From Octopus vulgaris (Eukaryota), in NCBI GenBank assembly GCA_951406725.2, contig OX597834.1, positions 34,162,001 to 34,226,000 on the forward strand: a DNA stretch of 64,000 nucleotides, in the 5' to 3' direction. The position numbers and the translations under genes were made by a program. Shown here one piece after another: positions 51,413-64,000 of the stretch. The notes below the pieces were generated by a model. It was not told where the DNA came from. It made no database searches and saw only the letters and a list, made by a program, of their open reading frames with translations. Every line of letters starts with the position of its first letter. Position 1 is the first letter of the stretch.

Positions 51413-51935
51413 ACACATATAAAATTTTAAATGAGACAAGAACGCAAAACATCTGGACAGCTTAGGTGATACAAAAATGGGACAACGAAACATCCAGATA
51501 GATGATACAAAGAAAACAAAGACGGGTCATTCAAAGTTTTCTTTCCTCAGTCAAGTACCAGATTATCTTTGCAATTTCGGCTGATTATACTTGAGATCAA
51601 TAATAACAAGAATGAAGAATTTGAACTTTGTTTATTTCCAGTTAGTTTATTCATAATAATTGTCCAACACATGTTTACCAAAAACACACCATCTGAAGGA
51701 ACCAGCCTCTGCATTTTACACAGAAAAATTTGGTATCCGCCAGGATATTATATCCCTCCTCTTACTATATGTATTCAATATAATTTGGGTAACAACCTCA
51801 ACAGGCGTTTGAAAGTTCCTATACTGGTTACCACATGCCATCTTGCAGCAAGATTTTTTCCAAGGTTGGATAAACATGTGGAACTCTGCTATGGTATAAA
51901 TATAAAAATTTATATATCACAAAGGTGGAAAAAAT

Positions 51936-52113
51936 AAACAGGCTTCATTTGCAAATTACGTTTGTTTCTACACCAGGCACCAGCTTTAAGTTGCTAAATT
52001 TTCATTCAGATATAGAATAATTTTATGGAATGACATATAAATAAAAACTCAGCAGCTTAAAGCTGGTGTTTGGCAAAGAAACAAATGTTGTAATTTGCAA
52101 TTAAAGCCTGTTT
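51936..52113. repeat. Long imperfect fold-back inverted repeat
   Basis: Arms of ~70 bp: aaacaggctt..ttgcaaattac..tttgtttct..caccagctttaagttgct and its reverse complement. Confidence 0.85.
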
Positions 52114-52132
52114 CCTCTATCTTTGTATTTAT

Positions 52133-52535
52133 GAGTGGCTGTGTGGTAAGTAGCCTGTCTACCAACCACATGGTTCCGGGTTCAGTCCCACTGCGTGGCA
52201 CCTTGGCCAAGTGTCTTCTACTATAGCCTCGGGCTGACCAAAGCCTTGTGAGTGGATTTGGTAGACGGAAACTGAAAGAAGCCCGTCGTATATATGTATA
52301 TATATATATGTATGCGTGTGTGTGTGTTTGTGTGTCTGTGTTTGTCCCCATAGCATTGCTTGACAACCGATGCTGGTGTGTTTGTGTCCCCGTCACTTAG
52401 CGGTTCGGCAAAAGAAACCGATAGAATAAGTACTGGGCTTACAATAGAATAAGTTCCGGGGTCGAGTTGCTCGATTAAAGGCGGTGCTCCAGCATGGCCG
52501 CAGTCAAATGACTGAAACAAGTAAAAGAGTAAAGA
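52133..52535 (+). mobile_element. SINE family 1, full length
   Basis: Intact head, body and tail. Confidence 0.85.
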
Positions 52536-54297
52536 GTATATATATATATATTTATAAATGAGCGTGAAAAAGTTGATAGTAATTTAATAATACCATCAAT
52601 TTAACACCAAGTGGCTTAGCACATAAAACTAGGGAGATAATACAAATTTATACATAAATTATAAGAGAGTTACCACTATGTGGATAGCTCTAGTGCTAAA
52701 AATAGCTCCGTTACTAGTATAGCCACAGAAAAGATGTTTCCAAGGAGAAATAACATTACACTTAACGGAAGGAAAGTGAAATATATATATACATATAGGG
52801 TTAATTCTAGCTACAAACATCATACTAAGGTGGGACAACTTGTTATGTTGGACTTTAGTATTGTAAATTATCTTGCTAGCACTAAGTGACAGATAAATTA
52901 ACTTGTGAAGATAACACAGAACAGATAATATAACAGAAACAACACGGTTACCTGGTTAAGAATTTTGCTTCTAAACTACTTGGTTTTAGGTTCAGCCTCA
53001 CTATATGACACCATGGGCCTGTCTTCTACTATAGACCTGGGCTGATCAAAGTCATGTGCAATACATTACCATGTTTGTTGGTATTTAACCCCAGGTCAGC
53101 GCCAACTAAGTAATCCTATAATGAAAGGCCTTCCAGTTATGGTCTTTGCTATGTTATCTCATATAGTCTTATTTAGTTCCTTGTTCAAACCTACTCTCAT
53201 TTGTATCCAATATGGAGTGAATTTGAACTAAGGCACAGGCATAACTGTGTGGTAAAAAGCTTACTTCCCAACCACATGGTTCCAGGTTCAGTTCCACTGC
53301 GTGGCAGTCTCAGGCTGACCAAGGCTTTGTGAGTAGATTTGGAAACTGAAAGAAGCCCATTCTATAAATATCTATGTGCATGGACCCCCCACCCACCTGA
53401 CAATTGGTGTTGGTGTGTTTACATCCCTCTAACTTAGCAGTTCAGCAAAAGAGACCAATAGAATAAATACCAGGTTTTAAAATGTAAGTTCAACAAAAAA
53501 AAAAAACTCTTCAAGGCACTGCCCCAACATGGCCACACTCTAATGACTGAAACAGATAAAAGATAAGAGCTTAGATTTCTAAATTAAAAAGTAAACAGCA
53601 TATTTACCCAGAAGGCCACCAGCACACCAAACACGTCATAATTTACGTGCCAAACAAGAATATTTAATATATCAATAACAACAAGATCATGTACTGACAA
53701 GAAAGTCTTATTATCATTATAATTTAAAGTCCATTTTTCCAAGCTTCTATGAGTCAAATGAAATTTGTTGAGGCAGATTATCTATGACAGGATGCTCTCT
53801 CTGTTACATCCTACTACAGAGAGAACATCCTACCATAGAAAATCCTTATAGGTTGCCAAGCAAGGTAATATTTCTGATGGTCAGGCTATGTTTTCCCAAG
53901 GAATACTGGAAATATACACTATCACCTGCATGGTAATGATGCTCATTTAAAACTATCACGTGATAGGCTTCTTTCAGTTTCCATTCCACAGAATCCACTC
54001 AAAAGGCTTTGGCTAGCATGGGGCTCAAAGTGCTATATAGTGGGACTGAACCCAAAACCACATGGTTGGTAAGCAAGCTTCTTAATCACAAAGCCATGCT
54101 TGTGTCTATATATGAAGTGTGTTGTAGTTCACTAGAAGCATTGTAGTATAATAGTAGAAAAAATGAATGAAATGAGAAATAAGAAAGCTTCTAACAATAC
54201 AGAAAGTTTGAAAACCCTTTATATCACAGATGCAAAGGCCTATCTTCAGAAGGAAGCAGTCAAAGAAATGGGTATTTACATAGATTTTGGATATACT

Positions 54298-54740
54298 CTT
54301 TTACTCTTTACTCTTTTACTTGTTTCAGTCATTTGACTGCAGCCATGCTGGAGTACCGCCTTTAGTCGAGCAAATCGACCCCGGGACTTATTCTTCGTAA
54401 GCCCAGTACTTATTCTATCGGGCTCTTTTGCCGAACTGCTAAGTGATGGGGACATAAACACACCAGCATCGGTTGTCAAGCAATGCTAGGGGGACAAACA
54501 CAGACACACAAACACACACGCATATATATGCATATATATACATATATATGCATATATATACATATATATGCATATATATACATATATACGACAGGCTTCT
54601 TTCAGTTTCTACTCACAAGGCTTTGGTCGGCCCGAGGCTATAGTAGAAGACACTTGCCCAAGGTGCCATGCAGTGGGACTGAACCCGGAACCATGTGGTT
54701 GGTAAGCAAGCTACTTACCACACAGCCACTCCTGCACCTA
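54298..54740 (-). mobile_element. SINE family 1, full length, inverted relative to the 52133 copy
   Basis: Reverse complement of the family 1 sequence. Confidence 0.85.
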
Positions 54741-55103
54741 TATGAATATATATATATATATAATCATCCTCATTTAATGTCTGTTTTCCATGATGGCATG
54801 GGTTTGACAGCTTGACATGGGCTGGCAAGCCAGAGGACTGCAGCAATGTTGGGCCACTTCATGGCCCATAACTTAGCCATTTGAAAATAAAGATAAAATA
54901 AGCATCGAGGTTGATATCATCAATGAAACAAAAGAAAGTGATGTCCCAGCATGGCCACAGTTCAATAACTGAAACCAGTAAATAACAAACAGGATATAGC
55001 AACAAAATATACAAATACACACATATTGATTTCTTACATTACATCACAAACATCGATTCCTTGTGACTGGTCATGAAGGACAACTGTGGCTGGGGAGACA
55101 ACA

Positions 55104-55156
<53 letters not shown>

Positions 55157-55246
55157 TGATAGAGAAGAGAGAGAAGGAAAGAGGAAAGAAAGAGATAGAG
55201 AAAGGACAGGGTGGGAGTGTATGAATGTTTATGAGTGAATTGCATA

Positions 55247-55520
55247 TACAGGGTGATTGAAAAGTAACTCCCAATTTTAAAATACTTAGAAATTATTTAT
55301 TAATTGTAATTTTTTTCTCAAATTTTGTTTTTGTGTTTGTTTTTTTGAGGTATGAGAATTTATTCTTTAATTGCATTGTTCATGTCATTCACACATGACT
55401 GAAAACCTGCTTCCCTAGGAGATGGATGGGTCATTGTTGTCTGCATGAGTGGCCAGCCAGAAGTCCCAACTTAACAACCCGTGACTTCTTTATTTGGGGT
55501 TGGTTAAAGGAAGACTTTGG
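55247..55520 (+). mobile_element. Tc1-like element remnant
   Basis: taCAGGGTG terminus and EWPARSPNLTTRDFFIWGWLK, matching WPxRSPDLxPxDFFxWG. Confidence 0.7.
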
Positions 55521-58500
55521 AAGAACTTGGAAGGGGTGAATATGAGAAGTGATGTCTTCGACAGGAAGGGCACCTGGCCATAGAAAAACAGGGTTCAACA
55601 AATTCTGTCAAACCCATGCAAGCATGAAAAAAGTGAATGTTAAAATGAAGATGATGATGATGATGAAAGAGTAAGAATTGATGAAATCTGCATCATTAAA
55701 ACTGGACCAGCAATAAAAGGGAATACAAAAATCTAAATCTGGTTTCCTTGGGTTACTGGAATGAATAAACAAATGATTCCAAATAATCAAATTATGTACA
55801 TTGCTGTAATTTGTTTACATTTTAAAATTCTATTTCTGATTTATTTTTAAAACAACTTTTGGATTTCTGTGTTTTGAAGACTGGATGTTCCTGTTACACA
55901 AAACAAAACATTTTTAAAATTTATTTTTTGTCTTTTATTTGTTTTAGTCATTGGACTGTGGCCATGCTGGGGCACTGCCTTGAAGGGTTTAGTCAAACAA
56001 ACTGACATCAATAATTATTAAAAACAATATCAAAGCAATAGCATTAATCCTTTAGCATTTAAACCAGTCATATCAGGCCAAAATATTCTACTTGTTTTAT
56101 CTTCAAACTGGTTAGATCTGGTCTTTTACTTTATAGTGTCATTGTAAAAATAAACAATCACATCATCAAAATCTCAAAGCTATGAAATAATGCATGATTA
56201 CTCCAAAATGACATGAATACTTTGACAGAGAATCTGAACACGAAAGGGTTAATTAGTAATGTGGCCCTAGTACTAAGCAGTAACAAGACCATGGTACTAA
56301 TTAGTAATAAAACAACAGTACTATATGGCCCTTTTGACACCAACCCACCTGAAGCAGTACTTCATTTTATGATAGAAATGTCCAGTCTTAAAGTGCTCTA
56401 AATTAAAACCATCCAACAAAATTGTGTTAGTTTATATTTCAAAACCCAGCTTAATAGCAGCAAAATTTTAATTTTTTTTTTATTTTTAAAATTAATTGAA
56501 AGAAGGGGAGTATATTTCAGCATAAATATGGTAACAACAGGGCTAAACCAAGACAAATTCATCAATATATTAACTGCCATGGCCTGTTACTGGAACTTAT
56601 TGGTGATACTACATATTTTCTGGTTATACCGTTAAATTACAAGGAAACGGTTTTTTTTTTTGCATTTTTACAATATTTTATAATTAAATTTTAATATTTA
56701 GCATTTATGTTATTTAAATAACCTAGAAACCATGACAAAGATACAGAATAAGATATTTTCTCACATTACGAAAATGTACCACCGGTTGTGCATATGATGG
56801 TTGTGTGAAGTCTGCAATGAATCACCAGCAGTAAAATGTGGCAGCTAACATGTTAAAACCTGCAGTATGCTTTAACACATATGTTTTATAGGCCTTTCCA
56901 TTCTGAGTTCAAAACCAGCTAAAGTCAACTTCACTTATGTTTCTGCATTTGATGAAATGAAGAACCAGTCAAGCACTGGCATGGGCTGATCTATTATTTT
57001 TATAAAGTATCCAACATGTGTGAAGGTGCATGGCCTAGTGGTTAGGCTGCTACACTCACTATTGCCAGATTGTGGGTTCAATTCCCCGAGTGGACGGCAT
57101 ATTGTGTTTTTGAGCAAAACACTTCATTTCACATTGCTGCAGTTCCCCACATTCAGTTAGGGGGGGAATGTTGGCCTGTTAGCCTAGCCAGCAGGGTAGC
57201 ATCATTTGAAGGCTAAAACGATGCAAATCTGCATTGTGACCAATGATGTGTAACAACATCTGACAACCTAATCGGTCATGTGTGATCCAAGATGTGGATG
57301 GCACAATAACAGAAGATTCCTACACTCTTATCACACTATGAAGCTGTAATTAAACAGTATATCAGGTAGTTGAGGGCCAGCTAGTAGTGATGGCTTTCTG
57401 GTAGCAAAGGGGTTAGTAACGACACCCGCAATACTAATTAGTAATGTAAGCATAATACTAATTAGTAACCAGTCCACAGTACTAGACAGTAACAAGGAGT
57501 ACAAAAACCAGTTACCAACTGGGAAATGGCCAAGTTCAATATGAAGGAAGTTGGCAAGAACTTAATGTTCTCAGTCATTCAATTATTGCTCATATGCAAA
57601 GATGCTGTGGGATCTCTGGCAGACTGACAGGAAATCAGGGCTTTAGATGAGCCAAATATAAAAGAATTAGTTTGTAGTGAGGACACCTCATACAATAAAA
57701 GATGTACAAGAATAGTTATCTATGATGACAACTCATACAATGAAGACCACAAAATGTTTAAAACAAGCAAAAAAGAAGAAAAAAAACCACCCCAGTTACT
57801 GGTAATTTCTGTAAACTTGGATGTATGATTACCACAAGAGATGGCGACAGCAGAAGCATAGTTGCCATAGTAATAAAGCAATTGAAGAAATTCAAGTAGC
57901 TGTTACTTTTTAATTTGGAATCAAATGTATTATTATTATTATTAATAATAATAACCCTTTCTGCCAAAGACACAAGGGCTGAAATTTTGGAGGAGGGGGC
58001 AAATCAATTACATCGGCTTAAATTTATCAACCCCAAAAGGATGGTTAAGAAACCTGCTTTGCAACTATGGTTTTGTGGTTTGGGGTTCAGTCCCACTGTA
58101 CATCACTTTGGGGTAAGTGCATTTGGCAGACAGAAACAGTGTGGAAGAGGTGTGTGTGTGTGTGTGCACGCACACCTTTGTGTTTGCCCCTCTCACCATT
58201 ATTTGACAAATGGTATTTGGTTTGGTAATGTCCCCATAAGTTAGTGGTTTGGCAAAAGAGATTGACAAAGAAAAGTGGATGTTTGACGATGATGCTAGCC
58301 AACAAAAGGTAACACATGCATTAATTAAGGTTTTAAATCTGGGTACAGGGCAACCAATTTCAGAGGAGGGCGTAAATCAATTACATCAATCACAGTGTTC
58401 GGCTGGTGCTTATCTTATCGACCCCGAAAGGATGAAAGGCAAATTTGAGCTCAGAACATAAAGATGGAAGACCACATGCATCATAATAATAATAATCCTT

Positions 58501-60887
58501 TCTACTAAAAGTACAAGGCCTGACATTTGGGGGGAGAGGGATAGGCAATTACATTGACCTCAGTACTTAATTTATCGACCCCGAGAGGATGAAAGGCAAA
58601 GTTGACTTTGGCAGAATAATAATAATAATGATAATAATAATCTTATCAACTGAAGGCACAAGATCTCAAATTTGTGGGGAGGGGACTTGATGATTACATT
58701 GACCCCCCCCCCAGTGTTTCACTGGTACTTTATTGATAAAAGGCAAAGTCGACCTTAGCAGAATAATAATAATAATGAAGTATTACTCTAGCCAAAGGCT
58801 AAGATGATAAAGCAGAAAGATGGTAGATGCTGAGTAGGGTGGCAGGTGACTGGAAGTATAATATAAATATATTTCTCCTGGTAAATGTGTTTACTACTTT
58901 TGGAATGGATGGATGGATGGTAGGGCAATGACTGCAAGGAAAGAAAAGAGATATGGGAGGATGTACAAGGAGGGGAAAGCAAGGAAACAACAACAACAAT
59001 AGGAGGGATGGTTGGTTACTAACACAATATTTTATTTTATTCATCTCCCTACAATCTGCCCTGCCAAAGAGCAGGTGGTTCAATTTGAACCTTTGTCTCA
59101 GCCACTACTACCACACCAACATTCATCCCTCCTCCACAAAAGACATTGCTGAAGTTGAGGAAGACAAAAATAAACAATCTCAAGAATAAACACTGCACAA
59201 AGAGAGAAGTCCAACTGTTCTCTGGTGTGTATGTATACACACACACACACGAACACAAAGATATATATACACATATAGATATATATACACACACACACAC
59301 ACACACGAACACAAAGATATATATACACATATAGATATATATATACACACACACACACACACGAACACAAAGATATATATACACATATAGATACACACAC
59401 ACACATATATATATATACACACATACAGATACATATAAACACATACATATATACACATACATATATATAAATACACACATACATATATATAAATACACAC
59501 ATACATATATATAAATAAATACACACATATACATATATATAAATATATACACACATATACATATACGTACATACATATATTCATACACACATATACATAT
59601 AAATGTACACTCACATATATATTTGTTAAAGTTATTTTTTAACATCAAGTTATATATAAAAACAGTTAAACATTAAACTGAAGGATGACTCCATGCTTTT
59701 AGTAGAGAATCTATTTATGAAACTTTAACAAGGGGATTGACTGTGACTTTGAAGTTTTGACTTGCTAGCCTTCATCAGACTATGTGTGTGTATATAGAGG
59801 CCGACACTGTCATTAAATATGATGTGCCAGTTCAATGAGGGTGTAGAAAGAGAGGGCTGGGAAGAGGAAAAAGGATTAAAGACAAAAATTTCTGCCCTCT
59901 TTAAGGACAGACAGTGACCAACTACAAATGATACACATGTTCATAAGATTCATAAATTATTTTGATTAACACATAGGCTGTTGTTTAACCCCAGGTCAAT
60001 CCTCAGTAAGCAGACCTATTATCTAAAACGTCTGTTTTCTAATTGTAACACAGCAACATGTGATTTGTTGGAGATCTGTTTGTTATTGTTAGCAGGTTGA
60101 GTGACCACACAGAGGTTCCTTTCTGCCATGCCAGAAGATCAAATTTAATCTATGTACAGTGTACATACTTCAGAAGCTTCGTGCTGGTATCCCATTCACC
60201 ACACTTACTCCCATTACTTTCGTGTTTAATCTTCAATACAATATCACTACTTATAAAGTTTGTGTTTATATCACACACACACACACACACCTGAAGTTGC
60301 ATTCATATCCTAGTCACCACACACACACACAAGCAAATATGACAAAAGCTTTAAGCTATTCTGAACCAGGAAGTCACAGACCACCCTGATTAAATCCATC
60401 TGACGCACCCTTTCAACTACCACATGTCAACCTGCCCTTTGTTCAGTCTTTTCACCTCACAGACCTACAACTCTAGAATTTTCTACCTTCATATAAATAG
60501 GATACAAGTCGACCATTAACTTGTGTTCACTTCTCTAATCTAAACAGGGAAAGACTTACAAGCAGCACCCACTTTTCAGTGAACTAAATTAAAAGCCAGA
60601 GCAAAAAAAACAACAGACTAGACAATATGTGTGTACACAGCACATTAAACCTTTTGTGTTAGGTTTGTATAGTTGTTACCTCTTCACACAGGTATGTGCA
60701 CAGGGAAAGAAAGGTGTGTTCATGAGCAGGTAAGAAAATATGTAGTATTGTTTGTGTAGAGAAATACATGTGTGTGTGTTTGTAAATATATACAAAGAGA
60801 TATAGACCATATGCTTAAAAAGAAAGAGGGAGAGGCAGAGTTAAGCAGCAGTAGAAACATTTTAAACCTGGAACTATCTTTATTTAC

Positions 60888-60920
<33 letters not shown>

Positions 60921-61629
60921 TTCTCAGTTGTCAGTTTAAATTTCAACCTCACAAAAATTTAGCGACTGAATTACTGAAATAGGCAAATGTTAAATGACTG
61001 TATGATCACAAGATTAATAGTTGTTATTAAGGGAGATTATAATAATTGTTAGGGATAGATTAAAGCTATATGTGAGATGCTTTTGTACATGCACACACAC
61101 ACATCTGTGTTTGTGTGTGTATTTATCATCAAGTTTCATGCTGACATGGATTCAAATGTGTCCATGGACTGCACTGCACTCCAGCATCTGCTTTGGCATG
61201 GCTCCTACAGCTGGATACCTTTCTTGATACCAACTGTATTACAGAATGGACCGGGTGCTTTTCTTTTTTTGTTTTTATGTCACTTGCACTATTAAGGCTA
61301 CCATGCAGTTTGCAGGATTACAAACCCTGGGGGAGATGGCGAGGGGCAGCTTCATGCAAGAGGACAAAGTGATTACTATGAGGGTGGGAGAGAGCAGGTT
61401 TTTGTGAAGGGATCTGCATTTTGAGAGAGAGGGAGAGAGAATGATCAGTAGGAGCAGCACAAGATAAATAATAGCAATGAAATGCCAAGGTGAAGGCAGG
61501 GGACACAAGCTGAGAAGTAGGTGGCTGGGTGGGCAGTGTGTAAGATGAGGGAACAATTGAGCTGGGAAAGTTAGAGGGGTGCAGAAATGAGAGTGAGGGG
61601 GCAAGTAGCAGGAGTAGTAAAGATGATAT

Positions 61630-62080
61630 GGTACAGCATATACCTACCCTTTTTCTGCATACTGAGTAAGGCCATTCTCCTGAAGGTACCAGGGTCCCAC
61701 TTTTATTTCCTACTTACTAAAAAACCTTTGCCTTTGTTGGATTTACCATAAGGCCTCTCTATTCTAGGTTTAGCTTCCATCCCTAAAATTCCTTTTTTAA
61801 TTCCCCTATAGACTTGGGTATGAGATCTAGATCATCAGCATGGACAGCCAGTTTTCAACTTTTCTATGATGGCTTGTAGGACCACAATGAATGAGAGAAC
61901 TGAGGAATGAACCTCGATAGACTCTTACTTTCATGCTAAATTCATTACAAGAGTAATTTACCATACTGCATCATCGTACATAGCTTGAACTGCCTGCACA
62001 AGCCATTCATCAACACCTAGTTTCATCAGAGCCCACCAAATTACTGAACATGGTACATCAGGCCATGAGGAAATATAAAC
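61630..62080 (-). mobile_element. Degenerate RTE LINE reverse-transcriptase fragment
   Basis: Minus strand gives HADDL (YADDL relic) and a downstream WPYSVCRKR-like segment, with many disruptions. Confidence 0.6.
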
Positions 62081-63334
62081 CTTGCTTGGAAATAGGTGAG
62101 CATCAGTGACATGAAGGGCAGCCAGCCATGGAAAATCTACCTCAACAAACTAAATAGTATGGTCATGGCTGGAATGCTTTTGATCAAAGGTCTGCTCAAT
62201 CAGAAGTGACCTGGACTTAAACAGCAACAGTAAAAACAATATCAAAACATCCTGTTTCCAAATAAGGTAATATTTCCTAGTGGTCAGACATGTTGTCTGC
62301 AGAATACTGGCAATGAATGACATTCTTTTACAACAATCACATGATGTCAAAACAAGGAGACAGAAAAATGCACACTCACGTGTATATACATATATATGCA
62401 TACACACACATCTAGAATAAGTTGTAACTTGCCTGAAGACCCCCATGCACCTACAGGTGAAACTCCAAGTAGCAAGAGACTGACTTCACCATAGGCGCAG
62501 ACATGGCTGCGGTTTGAAGCTTGCTTTCCAACCACATGGTTCCAGGTTCAGACCCACTGCATGGCACCTTGGGCAAGTGTCTTCTACTATAGCCTTGGGC
62601 TGACCAAAGCCCTGTGAGTGGATTGGGTAGATGGAAACTGAAAGAAGTCTGATGTATACATAGATATAAATATATATATAAGCAAAACATTCAAACACTA
62701 AGATTTGAAATAATATGTCTCTACTGTTAATATCATCTGAGGATTGCAGGCACAATACCATTATATAGCTATGAATTGTAAATTTGCATGAAGCGTAATG
62801 ATGCTTAAAAAGCATTCACCTGCTAGAAATAAGATCTAAAGTCTTAAATTAAGACTTTAGCTCTTATTTCTAGCAGGTGAAGACTTTTTAAGCATCATTA
62901 CACTTCGTGCAAATTTATATATATATATATACACACATATGTATATGTTTGTCTCCCCCGCCATCACTTGACAACCGATGCTGGTGTGTTTATGTCCCTG
63001 TAACTTAGCAGTTTGAACCGATAGAATAAGTAATAGGCTTACAAGAAATAAGTCTTGGGATTGATTGGCTGCAGTCAAATGACTGAAACAAGTAAAAGAA
63101 TAAAATAAATACTATGGGACCAAATACTCTTTCTTCTAACAGTCAACATTCAAGGGACCAGATGGTTCTTATCTGACAATGATATAAATATAGAGTAGTT
63201 TCATTAACCACAAATCCATATGAATGGGCCTCTCAAGGTAAATAATGAAGTATTCCGTGTTCTAACACAACATTCATGTTAAGCTGGATATAAAGATTGC
63301 GTTTTGGCATTCACACTGCTTCTGTTGCTATTAA

Positions 63335-63655
63335 TCATATAAGAGGGTGACCCAGGAAGGCATGAGCTGAAGTATTGAAGGCTGATCTTAAAACACTGAG
63401 CATTAAAAAGAAGATGACTAAGAAGCGAAACACCTGGCGCATTGCTGTACTCGAGAAGATCCATCTGCCACAGCAGAATTGATATCGGTGCTAGTGCCAG
63501 ATTAAAAGCATCCAGTTGGAGTGGTTGGTGTTAGGAAGGGCATCCAGCATTAGAAACCATGTCAGAACAGACATTGGAGCTCAGTGCAGTTCCTTGCCTT
63601 ACCAACTCTGGTCAAACTGTCTAACCCATGCCAACATGGAAAACAGAGGATGATA
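63335..63655 (+). mobile_element. RTE LINE 3' end
   Basis: RG*PRKA*AEVLKADLKTL...MTKKRNTWRIAV followed by the ggaagggcatccagc 3' module. Confidence 0.65.
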
Positions 63656-64000
63656 AGTATGTATGTATGTGTGATAAGGTTTCTTTCAGTTTCTGTCTGC
63701 CAAATCAAACTCACAAAACTTTAGTCAACCCAAGGCTATAGTAGAAGGCACTTGCCCAAGGTGTCATGCAGTGGAACTGAACCCAAAACCATGTGATTGG
63801 GAAGCAAGCTTCTTAATCATACAGCCACACCTGCAAATATAAGAACTGAAGTGCCACATGATGCTCAGAACATCTCTCAAATGTATCGGAACAATGTCAA
63901 CTATAAATAAGAAGGAAGGTAGGCTATTGAATTACAGGGTGGTTGTGACAGCAGCAAAAAGACGCATATGACCAGCTGTTTTGACTGTATTGTCAAAGTG

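Noticed and set aside
59049-59225. Non-repetitive segment open in several frames
   Set aside because: No convincing splice signals or recognisable protein on either strand.
4917-59648. Numerous ORFs rich in YI/CV/HT dipeptides (e.g. 13575-13889, 49027-49558, 59049-59648)
   Set aside because: They are translations of (TA)n, (TG)n and (CA)n microsatellites.
239-63835. Recurrent ORF motifs such as IVEDTCPRCHAVGLNPEPCGW and LQLDALPNANH
   Set aside because: They are translations of SINE and LINE-tail copies, not a gene family.

Overview
AT-rich, microsatellite-dense, intron-rich eukaryotic DNA. The SINE and RTE-LINE complement points to a cephalopod, most likely Octopus (inference). Three protein-coding genes can be read from the sequence: (1) the 5' part of KANSL3 on the minus strand (exons 5829-5813, 2822-2568, 1398-1240, 85-<1; continues off the left edge); (2) a complete ABHD14A-like alpha/beta-hydrolase with an N-terminal membrane anchor on the plus strand (probable exon 16944-16950, then 31125-31408, 35241-35403, 37208-37443, 38048-38242); (3) TMEM203 with a single-exon CDS on the minus strand (50055-49648). 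Most other listed ORFs are artefacts of microsatellites and SINEs. The rest is tRNA-derived SINEs, RTE-LINE remnants, TTAA-flanked piggyBac-type MITEs (one triply nested), degenerate mariner/Tc1 copies, a non-autonomous Helitron with a 102-bp array and Penelope-type hammerhead motifs. I found no clearly novel multi-gene system. The best leads are a candidate spliced micropeptide unit with a duplicated last exon inside ABHD14 intron 1, a 24-nt microexon plus uORF-rich leader that may make TMEM203 bicistronic, a duplicated decoy acceptor in ABHD14, a minimal hammerhead ribozyme and several dsRNA-forming inverted repeats. Repeat boundaries were read by eye and are approximate.
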